From Wenzhouxiangella sp. (GTDB lineage: Bacteria > Pseudomonadota > Gammaproteobacteria > Xanthomonadales > Wenzhouxiangellaceae), in NCBI GenBank assembly GCA_035302305.1, contig DATGSU010000126.1, positions 5,236 through 69,235 on the forward strand: a stretch of DNA of 64,000 nucleotides. The letters run 5' to 3'. The position numbers and the translations under genes are program-made. This document shows positions 52,724-61,226 of the stretch, piece after piece. The stretch's first letter is position 1. Each line of letters starts with the position of its first letter. Under the pieces are notes generated by a model. That model was not told the DNA's origin. It searched no databases and worked only from the letters and a program-made list of their open reading frames with translations.

Positions 52724-54610
52724 ATGAGCAACAACAACACGACTGAAACCCGCAAGTTTGACGCAGAGGTTCACCAGCTGCTCAAGCTGATGATCAACGC
52801 GCTGTACTCCAACCGCGAAATATTTCTGCGCGAGCTTGTTTCCAACGCATCCGATGCCAGCGACAAGCTGCGCTTTGCCGCCCTGACCGACGAGCGGCTC
52901 AAGGGCCTGGACAGCGATCTGGCCATTGACGTGACCTTTGATGCCGAAGCCGGCACCCTGACGGTGGCCGACCGCGGCATCGGCATGAATCGCGAGGAGA
53001 TCATCGAGAATCTGGGCACCATTGCGCGCTCGGGCACGCGTCAGTTTCTGGAGTCGCTGTCGGGCGACCAGCGCCAGGATGCCGCCCTGATCGGGCAGTT
53101 CGGGGTGGGCTTCTATTCGGCTTTTATCGTTGCCGCGCAGGTAACGGTGGAAAGCCGCCGCGCTGGCGACGCGCCCGATGCGGGCGTGCGCTGGATTTCG
53201 GATGGTGAAGGCGAGTACCGGCTGGAAGATATCGAGCGGGCCGAGCAGGGCACGGCAATTACCCTGCAGCTGGCCGATGAGCACAAGGACCTGCTTTCAC
53301 GCTGGCAGCTTGAACGCATCATCAAGCATTACTCCAACCACATCGCTTTCCCGGTGCGCCTGGCCGAGGCCGGCAAGGAAGACGAGGCCACCACGGTCAA
53401 TGACACCGAAGCGCTGTGGGCCCGGGCGCGGGCCGATTTGAAAAAGAAGGATTACGAGCAGTTCTATACCAGCCTGACCGGCGACAGCCAGGCGCCGCTG
53501 AGCTGGGCCCATCATCATGTCGAGGGCAGCCAGCGCTACAGCATGCTGCTTTACCTGCCGTCCCAGGCGCCGTTTGACATGCTCATCAATCGCGATGAGC
53601 GCGAGGGCATCAAGCTGTATATCCAGCGCGTGTTCATCATGGATGCGGCCGAGCAGGTGGTGCCGCGCTACCTGCGCTTTATGCGCGGCGTGATCGACTC
53701 GGCCGACCTGCCGCTCAATATTTCCCGCGAGATCCTGCAGGACAATCCGCTGCTGAACAAAATCCGCGCGGCTGTCATCAAGCGCTCGCTTGACCTGATT
53801 GACAAGCTGGCCACGCAGGGCGGGGACGACTGGAACCGGTTTTATACAGCCTTCGGCACAGTCCTGAAAGAAGGTGTGGTCGAGGACTTTGAGCAGCGCG
53901 AGCGCATTGCCTCGCTGCTGCGCTTTGCGTCCAGCAAAACCGACCAGGCCGAAGTGGGGCTGGACGAGTATATGGAAAACATGGCTGAGGATCAGGACAG
54001 CATCTGGTACCTCACCGCCGACAATCTGCGCGTGGCGCAAAACTCGCCCCATCTGGAGTCGTTCCGCAAGCGCGGCATCGAGGTGCTGCTGCTCACCGAC
54101 CGCATTGACGAATGGGTGGTCGGCCACCTTCATGAATACAAGGGCAAGGCGCTCAAATCGGTGACCGGCACCCGCCTGGAAGATGGCGAAGACAAGGCGG
54201 AACCCGATGAGGCCGCGAGCGCCCTGGCCGAAAGGATCAAGGCCGTGCTGGACTCCCAGGTGGGCCAGGTTGTTGCCGGCTCGGGGCTGGTCGAGTCGCC
54301 CGGGCGCATCGTGACGGCCGATCATGCGCTCAGCATAAACATGCAAAAAATGCTGCGCCAGGCCGGTCAGGACGTGCCTGAAGAGGATCCGGATCTTGAA
54401 ATCAACGCCGATCATGCGCTGCTGCGCGTCATGGCGGCTGAAAAGGATGAGCAGCGCTTTGCCGACCTTGCCCAGCTGCTTTTTGACCAGGCGCTGCTGG
54501 CTGAAGGCGGCGATCTGGCAGATCCGGCCGGCTATGTGCGCCGCGTCAACGCGCTGCTGGTCAGTGCCCTGGAAGGCGGCCGGCCCAAAGACAGCGCAGC
54601 CGCGGGCTGA
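52724..54610 (+). CDS. htpG: Chaperone HtpG (Hsp90)
   Basis: YSNREIFLRELVSNASDA, IGQFGVGFYS, DLPLNISRE. Confidence 0.98.
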   Translation: MSNNNTTETRKFDAEVHQLLKLMINALYSNREIFLRELVSNASDASDKLRFAALTDERLKGLDSDLAIDVTFDAEAGTLTVADRGIGMNREEIIENLGTIARSGTRQFLESLSGDQRQDAALIGQFGVGFYSAFIVAAQVTVESRRAGDAPDAGVRWISDGEGEYRLEDIERAEQGTAITLQLADEHKDLLSRWQLERIIKHYSNHIAFPVRLAEAGKEDEATTVNDTEALWARARADLKKKDYEQFYTSLTGDSQAPLSWAHHHVEGSQRYSMLLYLPSQAPFDMLINRDEREGIKLYIQRVFIMDAAEQVVPRYLRFMRGVIDSADLPLNISREILQDNPLLNKIRAAVIKRSLDLIDKLATQGGDDWNRFYTAFGTVLKEGVVEDFEQRERIASLLRFASSKTDQAEVGLDEYMENMAEDQDSIWYLTADNLRVAQNSPHLESFRKRGIEVLLLTDRIDEWVVGHLHEYKGKALKSVTGTRLEDGEDKAEPDEAASALAERIKAVLDSQVGQVVAGSGLVESPGRIVTADHALSINMQKMLRQAGQDVPEEDPDLEINADHALLRVMAAEKDEQRFADLAQLLFDQALLAEGGDLADPAGYVRRVNALLVSALEGGRPKDSAAAG

Positions 54611-54615
54611 TACAG

Positions 54616-55020
54616 GTGCCTGAAGACAAGAACAGGCCGCCGGCCGTCAGGCTCGACAAATGGCTGTGGGCCGCGCGCTTTTTCAAGACGCGCTCGCTTT
54701 CACAGCAGGCCATTCGTGGCGGCAAGGTGCAAATCAACGGCGCCTCGGCCCGGGCTTCCCGGCTGGTGCGCCCGGGTGACCGGCTGGAAATCACCAAGGC
54801 GGCCATGCGCTTTGATGTCGAGGTCGAGCAGGTGGGCGAAAGGCGGGTGTCGGCCCCGCTGGCGCAGGCCATGTACACCGAAACCGAAGACAGCAAAAAG
54901 CGGCGCATGGCACAGGCCGAACAGCGACGCCGCGAGCGGGCGGCCGGTGTTGTCGCCAGCGACCGGGCGCCCGACAAACGCGAGCGTCGGCGCATTCGCC
55001 GCTTCAAGCGCGACGGCTGA
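54616..55020 (+). CDS. hslR: Ribosome-associated heat shock protein Hsp15
   Basis: VRLDKWLWAARFFKTRS S4 domain, PDKRERR. Confidence 0.93.
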   Translation: MPEDKNRPPAVRLDKWLWAARFFKTRSLSQQAIRGGKVQINGASARASRLVRPGDRLEITKAAMRFDVEVEQVGERRVSAPLAQAMYTETEDSKKRRMAQAEQRRRERAAGVVASDRAPDKRERRRIRRFKRDG

Positions 55021-55022
55021 AG

Positions 55023-56228
55023 TCAGTTCTTGTCAGCAGGCCTGACCAGCGCCCGGCTGTGGTGCCTGGCAGGCCGACTGTCCGCCTTGGCGCTCCGGCT
55101 GTGCGGGTCGTTCAGATCAGCCAGTTCTTGCGCCCATTCCTTGCTGGCCGGGTCTTGGGGCCAGCGCTCGAGCATGGCCTGCCACAGGCTGCGGGCCTGC
55201 GCCGGGCGGTTGCGGTCGACTGCAAACCGGGCCAGCTGGTGACCGTCCTGCGCCTGCAGGGGCGTAAACCCGGGATCCGCTTCCAGTGATTCGTGCGCCA
55301 GCGCCAGCGCCCGGTCATGCTCTTTTTCCAGCATCAGCAGGTTGAGGTAGATCCGGGCGTGCTCAATCAGGGCCGGGCGGTCATTCCCTTGGCTCAGCAG
55401 GCTGCGGTACAGTGCGTGCACTTCAAGCGATACGGCGCGTTCGTTCATGCGCTGGCCCAGCAGTGACAGTGCATCCTCAATATGCCCGTCCGCCACCAGC
55501 CGTTGCGCTTCGCCTGCAAGCCGGTCATCGGCTGAAAGCGGCCTTGGCCTGCCGCCCCTTTCGCCCGGAGAAAACCCCAGTGCTTCGTGGTACTGGAACA
55601 CGAGGTAGCCCATCAGGTGAAAGGCGGCAAACAGGCCCCACAGGGTGATGGCGGACACAAGCAGATCGCCCAGCAACGGAAGGCCGGTCAGCACGGCTCC
55701 GCCATGGAATACGCTGAACTGAATAATGAACAGCAGGGCGAAAGCGGTTGACCAGGCTGCTGTGCCCATGCGCCGCACCAGCTCAATCGTTCTGAGCGGG
55801 TTGAGCGCGTGCGGCAGGCTGTCGCCCAGCGCCAGCGAGATGATGGCGCCGGGCAAAAGGGTGGTCAGCCCCAGCAGCATCAGCGCGGCAACGGGCGGAT
55901 CCGCCAGCAGGACGCTGCCCCGGTAAATGCCTGCAAAAAGGATGCACAGTCCAATAAACCGCCACACCACGCCACTGTCGGTGTGGGTAGCCAGCTCAGG
56001 GGGCTGCGGCCAGCCGTTGGCCGTGCGCAGCAGGATTTCAAAGGCGTAGCGGCAGGCTGCAAACCAGACCGCCAGGTACACAACCAGGCCGAGAATGCCC
56101 GGCGCCCATCTGAAAAGATTGAGCACGCTGTACAGAACCAGGCTGATCAGCGCGCCGCCGCGCAGCGGGTAGGCCGCGATGTCGGCAAGTCGGTTCCAGA
56201 AAGGCTCGGGCCGGCCGGAATCAGGCAT
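55023..56228 (-). CDS. Hypothetical membrane protein (multi-TM N-terminus, TPR-like helical C-terminus)
   Basis: About 6 hydrophobic segments, then an amphipathic helical region. Confidence 0.7.
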   Translation of the reverse strand: MPDSGRPEPFWNRLADIAAYPLRGGALISLVLYSVLNLFRWAPGILGLVVYLAVWFAACRYAFEILLRTANGWPQPPELATHTDSGVVWRFIGLCILFAGIYRGSVLLADPPVAALMLLGLTTLLPGAIISLALGDSLPHALNPLRTIELVRRMGTAAWSTAFALLFIIQFSVFHGGAVLTGLPLLGDLLVSAITLWGLFAAFHLMGYLVFQYHEALGFSPGERGGRPRPLSADDRLAGEAQRLVADGHIEDALSLLGQRMNERAVSLEVHALYRSLLSQGNDRPALIEHARIYLNLLMLEKEHDRALALAHESLEADPGFTPLQAQDGHQLARFAVDRNRPAQARSLWQAMLERWPQDPASKEWAQELADLNDPHSRSAKADSRPARHHSRALVRPADKN

Positions 56229-56378
56229 GTTCAACAGGCAGGGGATGACAAAGGGACAATGTAGGCCATTGCCGGCGCTTTACCAAATGAACGTTGTGCT
56301 GTTCAGGCCCTGCCTGTACGAAACGGAGCGCGCTGCGAGCTTGCGCAGCGCTTTATGGCTGTTTCATGCCGCAGCAGG

Positions 56379-56843
56379 TCAGGCGGCAACCGTGCCCTGT
56401 TCGATTTCAGCGGTTGTGGCGGCCCGCACCTCGCGTATGGCCACGCTGAAGTTGAGCACTTTGCCGGCCAGCATGTGGTTGCCGTCAACGGTTACGGTCT
56501 CTTCGTCAACTGCGCGCACCGTCACGGTCATGGGGCCGGCATCGGACTCGGCCCGAAAGGTCATACCGGGTGAAATCTCGTCAACTTCGCCAAAAGCCTC
56601 GCGGGGAACATCCTGAACCAGCTCTTCGCGGTAGGCTCCGTAGCCTTCTTCAGGCTGGATGGTCACATCCAGCTCGTCGCCGGCGCCTTTGCCTTCAATG
56701 GCTTTTTCCAGGCCCGGAATGATGTTGCCGTGGCCATGAAGATAGGCCAGCGGCTCGCGGCCCTGAGAGCTGTCGATGACCTCGCCACTGTCGCTGGTCA
56801 GCGTGTAGTCGATGGATACCACGGTGTTGTGGGCGATTTGCAT
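56379..56843 (-). CDS. slyD: FKBP-type peptidyl-prolyl isomerase SlyD (no His-rich tail)
   Basis: VVSIDYTL, YLHGHGNIIPGLE, VDGNHMLAGK, VRAAT. Confidence 0.9.
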   Translation of the reverse strand: MQIAHNTVVSIDYTLTSDSGEVIDSSQGREPLAYLHGHGNIIPGLEKAIEGKGAGDELDVTIQPEEGYGAYREELVQDVPREAFGEVDEISPGMTFRAESDAGPMTVTVRAVDEETVTVDGNHMLAGKVLNFSVAIREVRAATTAEIEQGTVAA

Positions 56844-56922
56844 GGATATTGCCTTGCGGAATAGATGAACTGGACTACATGCGGCGGCGGCAGACGTCTT
56901 TCAACCGCAGCCGGCAAATTGT

Positions 56923-58569
56923 TCATGCCTTCGGAAAGGCCCGCTCGACAATGGCGGCGGTGTCAAGGCCGTCCGGCAGCCCACCGTACAGACCGGTGTT
57001 CATGGTGCCCAGCCGGGCGCGGCAAAAAGCCTCGGCCACCGGGCTGTCTGCAGTCAGCAGGACGGCCGCCTGCAGGCACAGGGCCAGGTGGCCGGTCAGT
57101 GCGCGGGCGCTGGCCGGGTCGCTGCCCCGGCTTTCATACAGCAGGCGCGTGGCGTCCACATGCCGGTCGAGCTCGGCGCTGTCGCCACGCCGGGCACTGC
57201 AATAATCAAACAGGGCGCTGACGGTGTCCGGATTGCGTCCGGCAGCGCGCTGGACGTCCAGACACTGGATGTTGCCCGACCCTTCCCAGATGGCGTTGAC
57301 GGGCGCCTCACGGTACAGCCTGGGGAGGATGCTCTCTTCTATATAGCCATTGCCGCCCAGGCATTCCTGGGCCTCGTTGATGGCTCCGACTGCCCGCTTG
57401 CATACCTGGTATTTGGCCACCGGTGTGGCCATGCGGGTCAACAGGGCGGCCTGCTCGTCACCATGGCTGGCCCGCTCGAAGCCGGCCGCCAGAAACATGG
57501 CCAGGGCAAGCGAAGCTTCGGATTCCAGCGCCAGGTCGGCCAGCACATCAAGCATCAGCGGTTGATCAATCAGCCGGCGACCGAAAACCGTCCGGCCGCG
57601 AGCATGGTGAATGGCCTCGACCAGCGCCTTGTGGATCATGGCCGATGAGCCAATCACGCAGTCGAGGCGGGTTTCGGCCACCATGCGAATGATGGTGGAA
57701 ACACCGCGCCCGGGCGGGCCCAGCATGAATGCTCGGGTTCCCGGAAACTCGATTTCGGCCGATGCATTGGAGCGGTTGCCCAGCTTGTCTTTCAGGCGCA
57801 TCAGATGAATGGGATTGACCGAGCCATCGTCACGGAAGCGCGGTACCAGAAAGCAGCTCAAGCCGTCTTCAGTCTGGGCCAGCGCCAGAAACGCATCGCT
57901 CATGGGCGCCGAGCAAAACCACTTGTGGCCCACAAGCTCATAGGCCTGGCCGGGGCCGGAAGCGCCTACGGGACGCGCCCGAGTGGTGTTGGCGCGCACA
58001 TCCGAGCCGCCCTGTTTCTCGGTCATGGCCATGCCCAGCGTCAGTCCGCGCTTGTCCTGCGGCGGCAAGAATCGGGCATCGTAGCGCGCGGTCAAAACAC
58101 CGGCCTCCCACTGAGCGGTGATATCCGGCTGCACGCGCAGGGCGGGAATGGCGGCATGGGTCATGGTGATGGGGCACATGGAGCCGGCCTCGAACTGGTT
58201 GTGCAGATACATCATGGCCGAGCGCGCCACGCGCGCGCCCGGCCGGCCGGTCCAGGTCAGGCTGGCCAGGCCGTTTTCAATTCCCGTGGCCATAATGCGG
58301 TGGTAGGCCGGGTGATAGTCCACCTGGTCAATGCGGTGGCCAAAGCGGTCGTGGGTGCGCAGGCGCGGCGCAAGCTCATTGGCTTCAAAACCAAGTGGCC
58401 CGATTTTGGCGGCCGCTGTTTCGGCAAAGTCACGAACCTGCGGCTCGAACGCCCGCCCACCCTCACGCTGCAGCGCTTCCCTGAGAGCCGGGTGGCAGTT
58501 GTACGGGTTGTAGTTACGGAGTGCTGCGGGCTGATTGAGCACCTGATGGGTGGGCGCAGGAACGGGCAT
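56923..58569 (-). CDS. aidB: AidB-type acyl-CoA dehydrogenase family protein
   Basis: THQVLNQ, CPITMT, MAMTEKQGGSDVRAN, HKWFCSAP, KLGNRSNAS, IWEGSGN. Confidence 0.88.
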   Translation of the reverse strand: MPVPAPTHQVLNQPAALRNYNPYNCHPALREALQREGGRAFEPQVRDFAETAAAKIGPLGFEANELAPRLRTHDRFGHRIDQVDYHPAYHRIMATGIENGLASLTWTGRPGARVARSAMMYLHNQFEAGSMCPITMTHAAIPALRVQPDITAQWEAGVLTARYDARFLPPQDKRGLTLGMAMTEKQGGSDVRANTTRARPVGASGPGQAYELVGHKWFCSAPMSDAFLALAQTEDGLSCFLVPRFRDDGSVNPIHLMRLKDKLGNRSNASAEIEFPGTRAFMLGPPGRGVSTIIRMVAETRLDCVIGSSAMIHKALVEAIHHARGRTVFGRRLIDQPLMLDVLADLALESEASLALAMFLAAGFERASHGDEQAALLTRMATPVAKYQVCKRAVGAINEAQECLGGNGYIEESILPRLYREAPVNAIWEGSGNIQCLDVQRAAGRNPDTVSALFDYCSARRGDSAELDRHVDATRLLYESRGSDPASARALTGHLALCLQAAVLLTADSPVAEAFCRARLGTMNTGLYGGLPDGLDTAAIVERAFPKA

Positions 58570-58593
58570 GGTGGCCTCCTGGTTTGTCTGCTG

Positions 58594-58617
58594 TGTGCAT
58601 TACTATAGCAATGCACA
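58594..58617. promoter_or_regulatory. 24-bp palindromic operator candidate overlapping the aidB extended -10
   Basis: TGTGCATTaCTATAGcAATGCACA; minus strand reads TG-C-TATAGT. Confidence 0.6.
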
Positions 58618-58683
58618 ACAGCGCCCGAACGCGTCCCGTGTCATATAATCGGGGCATTCAAACAGGTCAAAAGCTGACTGGCA

Positions 58684-59133
58684 ATGAGACTGACCCACTA
58701 CACTGACTATACGCTGCGCGTGCTGACCTACCTGGGCGCCAGGCCGGGCCAGCGCAGCACAATTCGCGAGATTTCAGAAGCTTATGATGTGTCCAGGAAT
58801 CATCTGATGAAGGTGGTTCAGCAGCTGGCTGCCGAAGGCTGGGTGGATTCGGTGCGCGGCGTGGGCGGCGGGCTGATGCTGGCCGATCATGCGTTGGATG
58901 TCAGCATTGGCACCATTGTGAGAGCGGTTGAGGTCGATTTTGACCTGGTGGAATGCATGCGTGCCGACAATGAGTGCGCTATTACGCCGGCCTGCAGGCT
59001 GGCCGGCATGCTGCGCGAAGCCCGCCAGGCCTTTTTTGACGTGCTTGAACGCTACACGCTTGGGGACCTGATTTCATCCGGCAACCGAAACGAGCTGGCG
59101 GGGCTGCTCGGGATCAGGCTGAGGATTGCCTGA
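58684..59133 (+). CDS. nsrR: Rrf2 family regulator, NsrR-like
   Basis: MRLTHYTDY (Asp8), SRNHLMKVV, RG.GGG, three Cys in ECMRADNECAITPAC. Confidence 0.8.
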   Translation: MRLTHYTDYTLRVLTYLGARPGQRSTIREISEAYDVSRNHLMKVVQQLAAEGWVDSVRGVGGGLMLADHALDVSIGTIVRAVEVDFDLVECMRADNECAITPACRLAGMLREARQAFFDVLERYTLGDLISSGNRNELAGLLGIRLRIA

Positions 59134-59662
59134 ACAGCCCGCCAGGTTTTATACCATTGGCCACTCCACGCGCACCCTGGAGGCGTTTGTCGGTTTGCTG
59201 CAGCTGGCCGGGGTGGAGCGGGTGATCGACGTTCGCACCGTGCCGCGTTCGCGCACCAACCCGCAGTACAATCGCGACGCCCTGCCGGGCAGCCTGGACG
59301 GGCACGGCATTGAATACCGCCATGTCGCAGCGCTGGGCGGGCTGCGGCCGAAAAGCACCACAGTTGACGCCGGGGTCAACGGCTGGTGGCAAAACAGCAG
59401 CTTTCACAACTACGCCGACTATGCGTTGAGCCGGGAATTCGGACAGGCGCTTGAGCAGCTGATTGCCGCCGGCCGGAAAAGAGCCTGCGCCATCATGTGC
59501 GCGGAAGCGGTGTGGTGGCGCTGCCACCGACGCATTGTCAGCGACTATTTGCTGGCAGCGGGCCATCAGGTTTTCCACCTGATGGGCGAGGCCCGCATTG
59601 AGCCGGCGCAGCTGACAAGGGGTGCTGCAGTTGATGGCCGCAAGGTCACTTACCCGGCCTGA
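59126..59662 (+). CDS. DUF488 family protein
   Basis: YTIGHSTR, DVRTVPRSR, LGGLR, MCAEAVWWRCHR; TTG start overlaps nsrR stop. Confidence 0.85.
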   Translation: MPEQPARFYTIGHSTRTLEAFVGLLQLAGVERVIDVRTVPRSRTNPQYNRDALPGSLDGHGIEYRHVAALGGLRPKSTTVDAGVNGWWQNSSFHNYADYALSREFGQALEQLIAAGRKRACAIMCAEAVWWRCHRRIVSDYLLAAGHQVFHLMGEARIEPAQLTRGAAVDGRKVTYPA

Positions 59663-59838
59663 GGGGCGGATGTCCAAAACTGTTTGATTTTATTGATCGG
59701 TTTTGCAAACTGTGGTCTGGCGCCCGGTTTTCTCTAAGGCTGGTTCTTGGAGTTCACTGCAACCTTCAGATTTGTCTTGAAAAAAGATGGTGTTCAGGGC
59801 ATCATAAATGCGTATTTGCGGCTTGAGGTCAATTTGAA

Positions 59839-61149
59839 ATGCGCAAGCTTCTGTATCTGACGGCAGTGTTGCTGCTGGCCGCCAGTACGTCGGCTGCGGC
59901 GGGGGAAATCCGCAAACTGCGGGTTTGGGCGGGCCCTGACAGCACGCGTGCGGTTCTTGATCTTGACGGGCAGGTTGACTACAAGCTGTTCGCGCTTGAG
60001 AATCCGGCGCGCGTGGTGGTCGATATTGATGACATCGGCGCGGCGGGCGATCTGTCGTTTGACCGCGAGCACAGCGGTGTGATCGCAAGGGTTCGCCACG
60101 GAAAGCGCGAAGGAGGCGGCCTGCGGGTCGTGCTCGATCTGGAAGAGCAGATGCGCCCCAAGAGCTTTTTGCTGTCGCCGGCGGGCGAGCACGGCCACAG
60201 ACTGGTTATTGACCTGTACCCGGAAGCTGACCAGCCTGCTGACGAACAGATGCAGCAGGCCATTGCAGAATCCGACGGTGGCCAGCGCGACATGATCGTG
60301 GCCATTGATGCGGGTCATGGCGGCGAGGATCCAGGCGCAATTGGTCCTTCGGGCACCTACGAGAAGAATGTGACGCTGGCCGTTGCCCGTCAGCTGCACC
60401 AGCTGATTGAAAATGAGCCGGGCATCACTTCGCTGCTGATCAGAACCGGTGACTACTATATTCCGCTGGAGGAGCGTTTTGCGCGCGCCCGCGAGGCCGG
60501 CGCCGACCTGTTTGTGTCGGTACACGCCGACGCCTTTCGCGACCGGCGCGTGCGCGGCAGCTCGGTTTATGTGCTGTCGCGCAGCGGGGCCTCCAGCGAG
60601 GCGGCCCGTTTGCTGGCCAAGAATGAAAACCGTTCCGACCTGGTGGGCGGCGTCAAGCTGGACAGGGAAGACGACGTTTTAAGTTCGGTTTTGCTGGATT
60701 TATCGCAGAGCGTTTCACTGGAATACAGCGGCGGTGCCGCCCAGGCCATTCTGGGCCGGCTGGGCCAGGTGGGGAAAGTTCACCGCAACAACGTCGAACG
60801 CGCCAACTTTGTGGTGCTCAGGTCACCCGATGTTCCCAGCGTTCTTGTTGAGGCGGGTTTTATCAGCAATCCAACTGACGAGGCCAATCTGGGCAGCCAG
60901 GCCTATCAGAAAAGGCTGGCGCAGGCCCTGATGGAAGGCGTGCGCGAACACTTCTTTGAAACCGCGCCGCAAGGCACCTGGATTGCCGCCAACCGGGATG
61001 GCAGCCGGCATGTGGTCGAGCGTGGCGACACGCTGGGCGTCATTGCCCATCGCTATCGCACCAGCATCGCCCGCATCCGCCAGGCCAACAACATCGAGGG
61101 CGATGTCATCCACCCCGGCGCGGTGCTGGTCATTCCGGCCGGCTCCTGA
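59839..61149 (+). CDS. N-acetylmuramoyl-L-alanine amidase (AMIN + Amidase_3 + LysM), AmiB/AmiC type
   Basis: IDAGHGGEDPGA, FVSVHAD, SVLVEAGFISN, C-terminal LysM HVVERGDTL. Confidence 0.94.
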   Translation: MRKLLYLTAVLLLAASTSAAAGEIRKLRVWAGPDSTRAVLDLDGQVDYKLFALENPARVVVDIDDIGAAGDLSFDREHSGVIARVRHGKREGGGLRVVLDLEEQMRPKSFLLSPAGEHGHRLVIDLYPEADQPADEQMQQAIAESDGGQRDMIVAIDAGHGGEDPGAIGPSGTYEKNVTLAVARQLHQLIENEPGITSLLIRTGDYYIPLEERFARAREAGADLFVSVHADAFRDRRVRGSSVYVLSRSGASSEAARLLAKNENRSDLVGGVKLDREDDVLSSVLLDLSQSVSLEYSGGAAQAILGRLGQVGKVHRNNVERANFVVLRSPDVPSVLVEAGFISNPTDEANLGSQAYQKRLAQALMEGVREHFFETAPQGTWIAANRDGSRHVVERGDTLGVIAHRYRTSIARIRQANNIEGDVIHPGAVLVIPAGS

Positions 61150-61226
61150 ATTACACGGCTGTTTTCTTCACGTCCGGATTGACCTGCAGGTGCCCGCCGC
61201 GCGGGTCGCTTGGTTAAACTACAGCC

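Noticed and set aside
59776-59805. Possible sigma32 promoter or NsrR box upstream of the amidase gene (CTTGAAA; AAGATG...CATC)
   Set aside because: The -10 does not match CCCCAT, and GATG-CATC spacing is 10 rather than 11
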